A stretch of 63,040 bases of DNA, the filler included, from Octopus bimaculoides (taxonomy: Eukaryota), in NCBI RefSeq assembly GCF_001194135.2. It is 7 parts of 6 records of this genome, joined end to end, with 100 filler letters (N's around TTAATTAATTAA, not from the genome) between each part and the next. Parts side by side here need not be neighbours in the genome. Positions count along the whole stretch, not along the records: positions 1 to 22,961 come from NC_068982.1; positions 23,062 to 34,001 come from NC_068986.1; 5 more parts are not named here. One strand, written 5' to 3'. The position numbers and the translations under genes were made by a program. Below are positions 14,700-28,883 of the stretch, piece after piece (positions within the stretch are counted from its first letter, which is position 1; every line of letters starts with the position of its first letter). The notes beneath the pieces were generated by a model that was not told the origin of the DNA, made no database searches, and saw only the letters and a program-made list of their open reading frames with translations.

Positions 14700-15378
14700 A
14701 CACCTTAAAGAATATAGCTGCAAAAAAAAATAAAATGGATGGTCATGGTTGGAATGTTTCTGATCATAGGTCTGCTGGATAGGGGTTGATCTGGAACTAC
14801 GTCATCATCGTCATCATCAGCNNNNNNNNNNNNNNNNNNNNNNNNNNNNNNNNNNNNNNNNNNNNNNNNNNNNNNNNNNNNNNNNNNNNNNNNNNNNNNN
14901 NNNNNNNNNNNNNNNNNNNNNNNNNNNNNNNNNNNNNNNNNNNNNNNNNNNNNNNNNNNNNNNNNNNNNNNNNNNNNNNNNNNNNNNNNNNNNNNNNNNN
15001 NNNNNNNNNNNNNNNNNNNNNNNNNNNNNNNNNNNNNNNNNNNNNNNNNNNNNNNNNNNNNNNNNNNNNNNNNNNNNNNNNNNNNNNNNNNNNNNNNNNN
15101 NNNNNNNNNNNNNNNNNNNNNNNNNNNNNNNNNNNNNNNNNNNNNNNNNNNNNNNNNNNNNNNNNNNNNNNNNNNNNNNNNNNNNNNNNNNNNNNNNNNN
15201 NNNNNNNNNNNNNNNNNNNNNNNNNNNNNNNNNNNNNNNNNNNNNNNNNNNNNNNNNNNNNNNNNNNNNNNNNNNNNNNNNNNNNNNNNNNNNNNNNNNN
15301 NNNNNNNNNNNNNTGAGAGGAGGGAGGGAGGAGGGTGTTTTTTTTAGATTGACAGATAAATTGAAAATTGTAAGAGTG

Positions 15379-15535
15379 AGAGAAGGTAAAGAGACAGAGA
15401 GAGAAGGTAAAGAGACAGAGAGAGAAGGTAAAGAGACAGGGAGAGAAGGTAAAGAGACAGGGAGAGAAGGTAAAGAGACAGGGAGAGAAGGTAAAGAGAC
15501 AGGGAGAGAAGGTAAAGAGACAAGGAGAGAAAGGT
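15379..15535. repeat. 21-bp minisatellite (GAGAGAAGGTAAAGAGACAGG)n, about 7 copies
   Basis: Direct inspection; it produces the REGKETG repeat in the ORF track. Confidence 0.9.
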
Positions 15536-15879
15536 AAGGAGTGTGAGAAATTGAGAGAAAAGGAGAGAGAGAGAGAGAGAGAGAGAGAGGAGGAGATAAA
15601 GGGATATTGACAAAGACAAGATGTCAACTTGATAAGTAGATAGATAGATACATAGAGAGACAGACAGACAGATGGATGGACGGATGGACATGGACGGTCA
15701 GACAAACAGACAGACAGATGCATAGGAATATAAAGAGAGAGAGAGAGAGAGAGAGAAATGTGTGAATGTGAAACAGAAAGTAGAGGAGGAGGAGGAAGGG
15801 CAGACTTTGTTATGGGGATGTGTGATGTGTATGATAAATATCATGAATAGGAGAGAATAGGACAAGAGAAATTAGTTCA

Positions 15880-15916
<37 letters not shown>

Positions 15917-15957
15917 TCAACAGTTACCAATGGGTGAACTCTAATTGGTTTATTGTT

Positions 15958-16364
15958 TCTTTTACTCTTTTTGCTTGTTTCAGTCATTAGACTAAGGCCA
16001 TGCTGGGGCACCACCTTGAAGAAGGTTTAGTTGAATTAATCAACTGACCCCAGTACTTAATCTCTTTTTTTTTTCCATAAGTCTGGTACTTATCCTATTG
16101 GACCCTTTTTGCCTTACTGCTAAGTTACAGGGATGTAAACAAACAAACACTGGTTCTGAAGTGGTAGTGGCGGATCAGCACAGACATGGTACTGGGTTCA
16201 GTCCCACTGTGTGGCACCTTGGGCAAGTGTCATCTACTATAGCCTCAGGTCAACCAAAGCCTTGTGAGTGGATTTGGTAGACAGAAACTAAATAAACCCA
16301 TCATATATNNNNNNNNNNNNNNNNNNNNNNNNNNNNNNNNNNNNNNNNNNNNNNNNNNNNNNNN

Positions 16365-16398
<34 letters not shown>

Positions 16399-16850
16399 TG
16401 TGTGTGTATGCGTGTATTTGTGTGGGGGTGTCTGTGTTTTCCCCCACCATCACTTGACAATCAATATTCTGTGTGTTTATGTCCCTGTAACTTAGAAGTT
16501 TAGCAAAAGAGACCGATAGAATAAGAACTGGGCTTGCGAAGAATAAGTCCTGGGGTCGATTTCTATGACTAAAAATCTTTTAAGGTGATGTTCCAACATG
16601 GCCACATTCAAATGACTAAAACAAGAAAAAGAACAAAAGAAAATATATATATATAAATATGATGGGCTTCTTTCATTTTCCATCTATCAAATTCACACAC
16701 AAGGCCTTGGTTGGCCTGAGATGGTTGTAGAAGACACTTGTCCAAGGTGCTACACAGTGGGACTGAACCCAGAACCATGTCTGTACCGGTCCCCTACTGC
16801 CAGAACCATGTGGTTGAGAAGCAAGCTTCTTACCACACAGTCACACCTGT
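15958..16850. mobile_element. Cluster of three family B fragments in alternating orientation
   Basis: Minus 3' half 15958-16180, plus copy ~16185-16640, minus 5' half ~16660-16850. Confidence 0.7.
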
Positions 16851-17206
16851 GCCTAATTAACTTACTAATTAATATCAACCAAATCCTAGAAGGAATTGGA
16901 TAATGATACCATAAATATACAATGTCAGAAAAATGAAGAGAGGAAGGATGGTTCTGGTTGGAATTCATTTAATCATAGGTCTGCCCTCTCAGGCTGTCCT
17001 GGTTTTAAACAAATGATATCAACAGTTATCCCAATTTACAACTCAAGCATTAGAAATAATTCTTTCTATTATTGGCACAAGACCAGTAACTTTGGGGGAA
17101 GGCCGGTTTTAAGCCAATTAGACAGATTTGTTCAAATTGCACCACCCCCTGTGCTAAGGGAGGGTCCCATGTATACACTGAAGCAGAAGACGCTATGATG
17201 AATTGA

Positions 17207-17428
17207 CTCTTTCAATACCAACCCGGGTGAAACCGGCTCTGGCCCTGTAGCACAAATGTCTTGGTTTTGTAAGTTTTGAATTAAAATCTTCCACCAAACT
17301 TTAGTCACAATTTATGTTCCTAACACTAGCTTAATGGTAACTAAGTTATTTTACTGAATTCTTTGTTATAATTAAAATAAATTGAAAGCAACACAGAGTA
17401 TCCCAAAATGAATACAGTAACGAAAGGG
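17207..17428. mobile_element. piggyBac-like MITE
   Basis: TTGA|CTCTTTCAATAC ... GTAACGAAAGGG|TTAA: CCCTTT-type termini with a TTAA-like TSD (left end decayed). Confidence 0.55.
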
Positions 17429-17435
17429 TTAAACA

Positions 17436-17663
17436 TTTCCTGATGTTTCTCTTGCTTTGAGGATTTACTCAACAATGCCAGTAACAGTCGCATAAGGTTA
17501 AAGAAGGTTTTCAAAACTAAAACTGATTAGAGCATACCTACAGTCAACAATTTCATAAGAGAGATGAAATAATTTGGCGATGCTAGCTATAGAAAATCAT
17601 GTTACAAAAGCCATTGACTTTGAAATAATTTTGAAAGACTTCTCAGATAAAAAAGTCAGAAAA
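17436..17663 (+). pseudogene. hAT-family transposase C-terminal dimerization domain relic
   Basis: One frame reads FPDVSLALRIYSTMPVTVA*G*RRFSKLKLIRAYLQSTIS*ER*NNLAMLAIENHVTKAIDFEIILKDFSDKKVRK, matching hAT consensus P.T.AS.ERSFSKLK.IK.YLRST..QERL..LA...IE. Four in-frame stops. Confidence 0.88.
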
Positions 17664-17939
17664 GCCTGTTGTTTAGAAGACCTATTCACGCAGGGTATTT
17701 CACTAATTATTTTGACAACTAATACAACATTAAAATTTTCATATAAGCTTTCAATTTTTAATAGATTATTGTGACCAATGGTGAATCCTCAAGCCCTCCA
17801 TGCTTTTTGGCTGGGACTGGTGTACTTCATGAAGCATAGAACCTCATAAAGCATAGAGCATTTGTAGAATAGAAAGCCTCACTGATGATTTTCTAACTGG
17901 GCCCCACACTTCCTAGTGCCAGCCCTGGGAATAGCTGAT

Positions 17940-18085
17940 TATCTCAACCCCAGTGCTCGGCAGGAACTTATCTCATCAACCTTGAAAGGATGCAGTACAA
18001 AGTTGACTGTGGCAGAATTTGAACTCAGAACGTAAGAAATACTGCAAAGCATTTTGTTGAATGTGCTAACGATTCTGCCAGCTTG
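17940..18085 (-). mobile_element. SINE family A, decayed
   Basis: GAAAGGATG...GGCAGAATTTGAACTCAGAACGTAAG...GCTAACGATTCTGCCAGCT matches the family A reverse complement. Confidence 0.7.
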
Positions 18086-18244
18086 CCAACTAAGCACTGG
18101 AAACAATACTAATTTGTTTTTAAAATTTCTTTCCTTAGTACTAGACCAGAAATTTTGAGAAGGCAGAATAAGTGATGATGCTAAACCCTAGTATTTGACT
18201 GGTATTTATTTTATGGATGAATGTCAAAAAGTTAGTCTCAGTGT

Positions 18245-18370
18245 ATCATGTCATATTTTCTTTGTATTATATTATACTTATTTATTGTGCTTTTACTTAT
18301 TAATTTTTCTATATGTGACAGTGGATTTTCATCGATGAGTTCATGAACCTTGGTTCTTTTCCTTAAAACT
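18245..18370 (-). repeat. Unclassified AT-rich dispersed repeat (family E); second copy at 59391-59510 (+)
   Basis: Shared GAACTCATCGATGAAAATCCACT.TCACATATAGAAAAA(A)TTAATAA.TAAAAGCACAATAAAT.AGTATAATATAA. Confidence 0.7.
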
Positions 18371-18509
18371 ATATATATATATATATATTTTTTATACTGT
18401 GAAACTTAATTTAATTTTAATTTTTAATAATTTGAAGTTAATTGAGTTTTCACCTGTAAATTTGGATTTTTATCCCNNNNNNNNNNGTATATCTATACAT
18501 ACATACATG

Positions 18510-18571
<62 letters not shown>

Positions 18572-18608
18572 AGATCACATCTTCTAATGCCCTCTCAAAA
18601 TTCCTTGT

Positions 18609-18912
18609 CGGTGCTGGTACCATGTGAAAAGTATCCAGCCCACACTATGAAGTGGTTGGCATTTGGAAGGGTATCCAGCTGTAAAAACTTTGTGGAAACT
18701 GACCTCGCCTGTGCTGGTAACACATCAATAGCAGTCAGTCCACTCTACAGGGTGGTTGGTGTTAGGAAGGACAACCAGCTTTTAAAAACTATGCCAAAAC
18801 AGACACAGTAGCCTGGGGTAGTCTTCTGCCTAGCCATTTCCAGTCAAATTGTCCAACCCATGCCAGCATGGAAGCCGGTTGTTAAATTATGATGATGATG
18901 AGGATGATGATG
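18609..18912 (+). mobile_element. Family D-related retroposon (shared tail)
   Basis: Two internal GTGGTTGG..TT.GGAAGG..A.CCAGC units, then GTCCAACCCATGCCAGCATGGAAG...TTAAAT(GAT)n. Similar copy at 355-552. Confidence 0.65.
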
Positions 18913-18920
18913 ATAGATAC

Positions 18921-18958
<38 letters not shown>

Positions 18959-19440
18959 TGAGGCAAGTGAAATCGAAATTGAGTTAAATTCGATGACTGG
19001 CACCCATGCCAACGTCGTCTCCTTCATTGGACACGAAACTCAGCTTGCGAAGACTTATTGGGGCAAGCGAAATCGAAATCGTGATGGCACCTGTGCCCAG
19101 CATCGCCTTTCTGGCACTTGTGCCTGTGGCATGTGTAAGGACTTTCAAGCGAGATCCTTGCCAGTGCCCCTGGACTGGCTCTTGTGTGGGTGGCACATAA
19201 AATACACCATTTTGAACGTGACCGTTGCCAGTATCGCCTGACTGGCCTTCATGCGGGTGACACGTAAAAGCACCCACTACACTCTCAGAGTGGTTGGCAT
19301 TAGGAAGGGCATCCAGCTGTAGAAACTCTGGCAAATCAGATTGGAGCCTGGTGTAGCCTTCGGGTTCCAGCAGTCCTCAGTCAAATCGTCCAACCCATGC
19401 TAGCATGGAAAGTGGACGTTAAACGATGATGATGATGATG
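18959..19440 (+). mobile_element. Retroposon family D with (GAT)n tail
   Basis: Ends GTCCAACCCATGCTAGCATGGAAAGTGGACGTTAAAC(GAT)n. Inverted copy at 20421-20803; tail-sharing relatives at 355-552, 18609-18912 and 20152-20370. Confidence 0.8.
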
Positions 19441-20378
19441 ATATATATATGTACAGAGAGAGTGAGAAAGAAGGGGAACTGACAAACAAACAGACAGACA
19501 GACTTACTGACACAAAGTAAATTCATTATGAAAGTATGCATACTAACTAGTGAGGGCTGCAAAGCAAAAACAGTTATATTGACACTGCTGATTGAGCTGT
19601 CTCATCAACACAATCAGACAGTAATAATACCAAACAGACAGAGTTGTGTACATTCACGCTGACAACACAGGATTCATTTACATAGGCATGACAATTCTAA
19701 GATTTATGTGTGTGTGTGTTTGTGTATATGTGTGAGTGTATGTTTGCTTAGGGATGGTGTGTGTGTATGTATGTGTGTGATTGTTGCTGTTTAACCTCAC
19801 ATCAGATTGGACAGAGAGAAAGAAAACTAATGACCAATCTCATTCCAATGGAGGCCATCTGCTTGTTTCTCTTGGTACAATGCATCTAAGACATTGTCCG
19901 ATGCATCTCTCCCATTTCCAAGGCGGTAGCTTTTATCTTTTATTTGTTACTGTCATCAGACTGTGGCCATACTGGGACAACACTTTGAATGCTTTTAAGT
20001 CAAACAGATCACCCTTAGTACTTATGTTCCTCTGTTTCATTCCATCATTCTCTTTGGCTGAACCATAAAGTTACAAATATGTAAACAAACCATCACTAAT
20101 GGTCAACCAGTGAGGTAAGATGGACAAACACAGGCACACATGCATCATCACCATCATCATCATTTAATGCCTGTTTCCCATGCTGGCATGAGTTGGACGA
20201 TTTGACAGGAGTTGGCTAAGCAGAAGACTGTATCAGGATTCAGTATCTGTTTTGGCATGATTTTTTTGGCTGGATGCCTTTCCAAATGCCAACCACTTTA
20301 CAGTATGGACGGGATGCTTTTTACACGGCACCAGAACTGGCAGGGTCACCAAGTAACTTGCAAGACACACACACACAC

Positions 20379-20420
<42 letters not shown>

Positions 20421-20422
<2 letters not shown>

Positions 20423-20803
20423 CATCATCATCGTTTAACGTCCGCTTTCCATGCTAGCATGGGTTGGACGATTTGACTGAGGACTGGTGAAACCAGATGG
20501 CTACACCAGGCTCCAATCTGACTTGGCAGAGTTTTTACAGTTGGATGCCCTTCCTAACGCGAACCACTCCGAGAGTGTGGTGGGTGCTTTTACGTGCCAT
20601 CTGCACAGGAGCCAGTCCAGCGGCACTGGCAATGATCATGCTCGAATGTCTTTACAAGTGCCAGGAAGGCGACGCTGGGCACAGGTGCCATCACGATTTT
20701 GCTTTCGCTTGCCCCAACAGGTCTTCACAAGCCGAGTTTCGTGTCCAATGAAGGAGATGACGTTGGCATGGGTGCCAGTCGTCGAATTTAGTTCGATTTC
20801 GAT
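20421..20803 (-). mobile_element. Retroposon family D, inverted partner of 18959-19440
   Basis: (ATC)n-GTTTAACGTCCGCTTTCCATGCTAGCATGGGTTGGAC...GAATTTAGTTCGATTTCG. Confidence 0.8.
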
Positions 20804-21052
20804 ATATATGTATATATATATAGATAACAACCCTAGTTGCTAACCATGAACTATAAAATAGTCTTTTTCGGCTTATTGAACTTCAGTATAGGAAAATTTA
20901 CAGCCTTCTACAGACTGTTCAAAGCTTGCTAACTTCCTACACCGGGAGCGTAGGAACTTACCTTTACATATGATTATCTATCTATCTATCTATCTATCAA
21001 CACACACACACATATATGTATATATATATGCATATATATACACACACATACA

Positions 21053-21107
<55 letters not shown>

Positions 21108-21127
21108 GCAGACATACATACATATCC

Positions 21128-21158
<31 letters not shown>

Positions 21159-21269
21159 TACATACATGTTTGTATATATACATATATATACACACATACA
21201 TATTTATATATACACACATACATAGATATTTATATATATACACATATATATATATACATACATACTTAT

Positions 21270-21304
<35 letters not shown>

Positions 21305-21334
21305 TATATACACATACATACATACATACTTATT

Positions 21335-21370
<36 letters not shown>

Positions 21371-21643
21371 TATATACACATACATACATACATACATATA
21401 TGCACAAATACAAACACACACAACAGGCTTTCACACTGGGACTGAACCCAAAACTAAATGTTTGCAAAGGAAGCTTCTTAACCACAGTGCCACGTCTGCA
21501 TTTACAGTAGGGTGTGATTTGATGGAAATTTAGTTACTATTTCTAGCAGATTAAGTGAATACATAAAAGCTTCCTCATTGTCTTGTGTTATTAAGGATGA
21601 TGATGTTCACGCCTTTCTACATGAGCTTAAACAAATAACTTAA

Positions 21644-21887
21644 CCCTTTAGCAATTAAACTAGCCATTTCAGGCCAAAATATTCTACTTGTTTTATGGTC
21701 AAAGTGGCCAGATCCAATCTTTTACACATACCCTACACTGCCATTCTAGAAATAAATAATCACATCATTGAAATCCCAAAGCTCTGAGATAATGCAGAAT
21801 TACTTTAAAATGATATGAATAAGATGAATAATAATATGAATCCCTACATAGAAATTTTATTGACAGTGCAATCTGAATCCTAAAGTA
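21644..21887. mobile_element. piggyBac-like MITE, second family
   Basis: TTAA|CCCTTTAGCA ... TCCTAAAGTA|TTTA (right end decayed from TGCTAAAGGG|TTAA). Confidence 0.5.
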
Positions 21888-22961
21888 TTTAGGGAGATTA
21901 CAAAAACTGGGAATCAAAATTGGATAATAGCACAGAGCTATCATAACTATTTGTAGAGTATGAATTATAGATCAATGTTCTTTGTCCAAGAAGATTACGG
22001 GATGTAAACATACCAACACCAGTTGTGGGAGACAAGCACTGACACAAAGACACACACACACACACACAAGCTTCTTTCTGTTTCTGTCAATCAAATCCTC
22101 TCACAAAGTATTGGTTGACCCAAGATTATAGTAGAAGACACTTGCCTACAGTGGCATGCCATGTGATTGAACTTAGAACCATGTGGTTGGGAAGTAAACT
22201 TCTTACCTCACAGCCACACCTATATATGTACACACACACATATATTCTTATATATTTACATACATACACGTATATACATATTTACATACATATTTAGATA
22301 CATACATACCTATACTCTCTCTTTTACTCTCTCTCTTTTACTTGTTTCGNNNNNNNNNNNNNNNNNNNNNNNNNNNNNNNNNNNNNNNNNNNNNNNNNNN
22401 NNNNNNNNNNNNNNNNNNNNNNNNNNNNNNNNNNNNNNNGTAAGCTTAGTACATATTCTATCGGACTCTTTTGCCGAACCGCTAAGTTACGGGGACGTAA
22501 ACACACCAACATCGGTTGTCAAGCAATGGTGGGGGGGGGACAAACACAGACACAGAAACATATGCACACACATACATATATATAAATACATATATACGAC
22601 GGACTTCCTTCAGTNNNNNNNNNNCACACACACATATATTCTTATATATTTACATACATACACGTATATACATATTTACATACATATTTAGATACATACA
22701 TACCTATACTCTCTCTTTTACTCTCTCTCTTTTACTTGTTTCGATTATTTGACTGCGGCCACGCTGGAGCACCACCTTTAGTCAAGCAAATCGGCCCCAG
22801 GATTTTAATTTTTGTAAGCTTAGTACATATTCTATCGGACTCTTTTGCCGAACCGCTAAGTTACGGGGACGTAAACACACCAACATCGGTTGTCAAGCAA
22901 TGGTGGGGGGGGGACAAACACAGACACAGAAACATATGCACACACATACATATATATAAAT

Positions 22962-23061
22962 NNNNNNNNNNNNNNNNNNNNNNNNNNNNNNNNNNNNNNN
23001 NNNNNTTAATTAATTAANNNNNNNNNNNNNNNNNNNNNNNNNNNNNNNNNNNNNNNNNNNN
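22962..23061. other. Artificial 100-bp join spacer N44-TTAATTAATTAA-N44 (also 34002-34101, 38169-38268, 42882-42981, 58011-58110, 59616-59715)
   Basis: Six identical 44+12+44 structures. TTAATTAATTAA puts stop codons in all six frames. Confidence 0.92.
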
Positions 23062-25677
23062 ATAGAAATATGTTTCAAAAAGAAAATAGAAACTACATGT
23101 GGAAAAAGCGAAAATACACATTGAATAAAGGCTTTTTTCATGAAAAGTTGCGATAAATAAATAAATACAATTAGAGGAACTGAGATAGGAGCAAGAGGAA
23201 TTAAATCCTTTATTTTAAATTGTTAAAGAGTTTCAAAGTCAGACCGGTATCGTCATTGCTGTTCACTGGCTTTGAATGCGCACCGATTATTACACGGTGT
23301 ATGTTTGTACACACACACTTATATATATATATATTGATGTGTGTGTATGTGTATGTATGTGTATATACGTAGGACATAAATATGTTCTGTAACTTTTTGC
23401 ATGATGGTGTCTCGACTTGTGATGATGTTGCAGGACAATTAATGTGCTAATGTTGTTCAAATATATGCCAATAGCCACTGTTTTTGTCTCACCTCGCTTA
23501 TCGCTCGAAGTATTTATATAAGCGCGCGCGCGCGAGCGCGTGTGTGTGTGTAAACACACAAACACGATATTTTTAAATATTGGACTTGACCCATATTGAG
23601 GCACAGTACGGACTGAAGTTTGTTTTATAGTTCTATAAAAGTACAAAGCAGCATAGACACGCATACGCACGCGCACCAGCATCCAACACATATATGTAGA
23701 GAGCCAGAGAGATAGCGAGATAGATACATACATAATCATTCCATACATACATACATACATACATACGTAAATGTATTTGCGTGTCTGTGCGTGCACGAGT
23801 GAATGCGCATTCATATTTCACTATCATATGTTGCATTTTCGATCTAGCTGTGTCTTCACACTTTAATTTATGTAAGTGTTCAGTTTATTGAGTGTAGAGC
23901 ATTGCAATTTTTTTTAAATATATACACTCATGAACATGAAAATACACTCATAAATTTATATACATTTACACAATCTACACAAACACACACGCTAATATAT
24001 ATTTACACGTACACACTTCTCATTGACTGTCATGTCTTAAACACTTAACATCTGCTCTAAATTGTGATATATTTTCTTTAATTTCTACACTCGTTCCCAT
24101 TAATCAATGTTTATTGTTCATTCATTCACAGAAATAGGACTTGAAGACTAACACCGCAAGCAATTTGATGTGTTCGTTCAGGTATTTTTTTTTGCTTTAG
24201 ACAATGTTTGGACTATGATATATATGTATACATACAAACATACATACATGCATACACACACACACATATATATATTAATAAAAGGTGCTACAAGCGGTAC
24301 CAGCACGCTAAAATCGCAGCCATAATTTATATGTGTGCGTGTATGTATGTATACGTACATATATACATAAATATATATACACATATACACACATACACAC
24401 ATAAATATAGATACTCAAACGCAGACATACACACAAGCATGTCATTGTACTGGAATATATAAGCAGTACAATATTACTGTATGTATGCGTTTGTGTGCGT
24501 ATACAAGCTGACCTAATTTAATGGTGATCATGTAAAATATAATGAAAGTGAAAGTATAATGGTCGAAACTGCCAGATGCATGCGACGTAAGTGTGTTACT
24601 TTAGTGTAAAATTAGTAGAGGAGACAAGGAAAGTATTGACATTGTGAGTGGAAAACTTAAACCAGAAAAAGAAAAGAATAAACATTTCATTGGGTGAAGA
24701 TAACATTTGTGATAAAGAAAAGTCTATTTTTGATGAACTGGCAGAAGAAGAGTGTAACGATTTAAGATTTATAGATAGTAAACCCTTAGTGTATAGGTTA
24801 TAAGTTTTACACTAAGTGCATTTGTATTAAAAATGCTAATGAGACATTAATGCAGACATTGAAATAGCTCAGGAGTTCCTACAATAATACAACCATTGTA
24901 CAAAATGTGAAACATAAAGATTATCTTATTTTCAATATGAATATGATAGACAGTTACATTTGAAGGGGATGTATTTCTCTATATTCGTTGCCGTAGAAGA
25001 AAAAGCTACCCTGGGAATAAAATCTGCGATGTATAAAATAACTGGAAGAATTTCTCCTGCTGGAGGAAGATGTTCGTTTATTACCTTATAAACAAACCGT
25101 GCTTTGATATGGTTATATGAGTTGCAATTTTCCACCATGCAGTAACTTTCTTTTCTATGTTTTTTTTTTTTTTTTCGGAGGTGGATTGGTTTGCATGTTT
25201 ATATTATAAATAGCTTGCTAACTGTGGTCGTTCTCGTTAAGACTTCCTCTAATTGAAATATTTATAAGTGCCTCAATCTTCACCGACACAAAAGCTAAAT
25301 TAAAATAGACCAAGTTTCAAATGAAACCTAAAATTTTTATTCATGTCAGATCATCGCGAAAACATTTCCAGCGAAAGAAAAAGATCTGACAAAAACCTTT
25401 AATTAACATAATTAAGATAATTAAGATAATTTCAATGTTTTGCTGTCGGGATAGAACGGATAGAATGTAACTTACACTCAATCCCTTCTGTCCCAACCGA
25501 GAAACAATAATTTTAATCAGGTGATGAAATACAATATTGGTGAGACGAAATTCAAAATGCGTTAACAAAGAATATGTAACCATAAAATATTATTCCCAGC
25601 ATGATATACACCTAAATTCGTCCATAAACACATAATGTTTGAAATAGTTTCACAAATAAATTGTGTGTTGGTTGAGT

Positions 25678-25712
<35 letters not shown>

Positions 25713-26540
25713 GTGTTTTCGGGCGATTATAGTCCCTCTCAGTATACATGTATACAATTATGTTTTTTTGTTTTACGACAGCCTTAAAGCACTTCATCTC
25801 TTATTTCTATCAATGTAGGTGTTTCTCATACACTAGTCATATTTAGTGACAATTATGCTTTTCCTTTTTGGTAAAACATTGTACACTGCTGACTATATTA
25901 ATCTTCTGCATATATATAAATATATATATGTATATATATGTATATGTATATATTATATGTATATATTATAGAGTTAGTAAACAGAGAGATCTAATGGATA
26001 CAGATTTATTTATTAATTAATTAACATATTCATCAACAATTGTTTCACTTCACAAACTTAATTAAAATTACAAGACATACATAGATATATGATTTTGCAT
26101 TTTAAATACGTTCAATTGAGAATCATCATATGTATACCCACACATATACATACACACATAATAAACATTTCCTTATATTATGAGTAGCCTAAACGGGTTT
26201 TAGTGTAATCCCTGTATTGTCCGTTAAACATCCTGATGATTTTCGTACAAGGTATTGAAAATTATATATTTATCTATGTTTTGTAATTTTAATTCTGCTT
26301 GTGAAATGAAGTAATTGTAGGTGGATATGTTAATTAATTATTAAATTAATTTATATCCATTAGGTCTCTCTGTTTTCTAACTCGATGATAATGTTTGATA
26401 TTTTACGATATTTTATATAATATATTCAGTGAAGATATAGCTCTTGAATATATAATATATTAAATCAGTGTATCTCGGATAAAATATCATTGTGACTATA
26501 TATATGTGTACGTGTGTGTGTGTATGCGTATGTATGTTTA

Positions 26541-26580
<40 letters not shown>

Positions 26581-26590
26581 NNNNNNNNNN

Positions 26591-26631
<41 letters not shown>

Positions 26632-26669
26632 GCGTGTATACATATATATATTCATTTATAATTGTAGTC

Positions 26670-26844
26670 TTTTTTTCACTCGTTTTACTCATTTGACGGC
26701 AGCCATGCTGGAGTACGGCGTTGTAGTGTTTGTAGTCGAACAAATCGATCCTAGGACTATTTTTGAAGCCTAGTACTTATTCTATCAGTCTTTTTGTGGG
26801 AGGGGGAGGACAAACATATGCACAAAGGTACACACACAGACACA

Positions 26845-26878
<34 letters not shown>

Positions 26879-27040
26879 TATATATTCATATGGCGGGATT
26901 CTTTCAGTCTACCAAATCCATTCACAAAACTTTAATCGTTTCGCGGGTATTGCAAAAGATACTTGCCGAAAATGCCGCGCAGTCGGACTAAGCTTGAAAC
27001 TATGTAGTTGGGGAGCAAGCTTCATACTACACAGCCACGT
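26670..27040 (-). mobile_element. SINE family B
   Basis: GCAGCCATGCTGGAG...CTTTCAGTCTACCAAATCCATTCACAA...CACAGCCACG. Confidence 0.75.
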
Positions 27041-27123
27041 ATATATATATATATATATATNNNNNNNNNNNNNNNNNNNNNNNNNNNNNNNNNNNNNNNN
27101 NNNNNNNNNNNNNNNNNNNNNNN

Positions 27124-27177
<54 letters not shown>

Positions 27178-27855
27178 TGTGTGTATGTGTGTGTATGTAT
27201 ATGTATAATGCTTATATGACCTCACATAAAAGTCACCGTCAGAGACCATATCTGACAGTTTTCAAGTTATATATTTTCATCATTTAATATTGTCAATTCA
27301 TATATTGTCATTAACGGATTCTTTTTTTTTTGTCTTTTTTGTACATTATTATTTTTTTTAGAATATTTAGAATATGCCAAAACTATAAAGAGTCCGCCTA
27401 AAAAGACTACATTTGTCGTGAAAAGTTTTAAACTGCAAAACCGAGTCTCCAGGGGAATTTCCGAAGAATTTGCGGCTTAAAAATCCTAAATGTATGCGCA
27501 ACATAGCATATTGAATTCTCTTTGTCTCCTGTTTATCTAACCAGCAAAAGACATCGTATACATACGTCCATATCTACATAATTACGCATATACACACACG
27601 CGCATAAGAAGAAAAGCACCCATACAGAGACACGCACATATCGACAGAAGAGTAGACTAGTATTATTTGTCTTTTGTTCTTTAGTGCACATATAACATCA
27701 CATCAATTTACACAAATAAAAGTTATTATAGCGAGATGTAATATAAATTTAATATAAATGTTGCTGCTTCCCACATCTAATTTGTTTTCCTCTAAATACG
27801 AACAATTTACTGTTGCTATCAAGAAGAGCTCCTATCAGCAGTGAACTATCACACT

Positions 27856-27897
<42 letters not shown>

Positions 27898-28788
27898 TCA
27901 TGTGTGTGTGTATCGGTTTATAGAAGCACCGACATACATGCATACACATTTATGCACATATAGAGTGATCATCATATCTTTCGAGCTATGCGAGATTATT
28001 CGTTTAATAAGCTTCTATATAGCAAAACATATACCAATCTCTAAGGACCCATTATTTCAATTTAATGTAGAATTATACATTTATGTGCGTTCGTACGTGT
28101 GTATGCGTAAATACACGTTTGTATGTATGTATATTGTCCTAAACAATCTTGCAGGTTGTCGGAGACTTCTGGGAGAAGAAAGAAGCGAGCAGCAATTAAT
28201 GCGTAGTTTGCAAACTAAAATCATTGTCTGAATGCGTGTGGATTTCATTTAAGTCAATGTCAAGCCCGAGGTTCATGATGGGTGATGTTTTAAGTTTACC
28301 ATGCTAACGTATGGACATTCCATACAAAGGATTCTGCAAACAGTTCGCTTGCTTAATTAATTGCTAATGCTTGGGGCAATCGCAGGTTTTGCTAGAAATT
28401 ACTCTGAAAACATGCTGCGCAGATTAATCAAACGTATAACATGTGACTGTGAGCAAAGTATCTTGACCACACAGTTCTGCTAGCGCCGTATTTGATATCG
28501 TTTATGTTGTGATTTAGATATTTTTTTCTTTCTTGAAACTTTGCTCTCCAGGCATGGAAAATTGAAAGATTTATTTGAAATATTGGAATAATAGTTTAAT
28601 AATGTTTGTATGGATTTTGATCTTTTTATTTTTTTGTGGGGTGGGGGCATATGTTTTGTGGAGTTACACTTATTGGGCTGTGAAGTCTACAATGTCTAGA
28701 TGAGATTTAAAAATAAAACAGTAAAAATACAGACGTACAAAGAAATACAGGTAGACAGAATGGCACTGAGGCTGACGGAGAAAGAAGT

Positions 28789-28883
<95 letters not shown>

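Noticed and set aside
22229-22961. Apparent ~390-bp tandem duplication
   Set aside because: The two copies look identical and are separated and interrupted by small N gaps. This is most likely a gap-flanking assembly duplication.
26225-26275. CTGATGA...GAAA motif
   Set aside because: Helices II and III do not pair; consistent with chance in AT-rich DNA.
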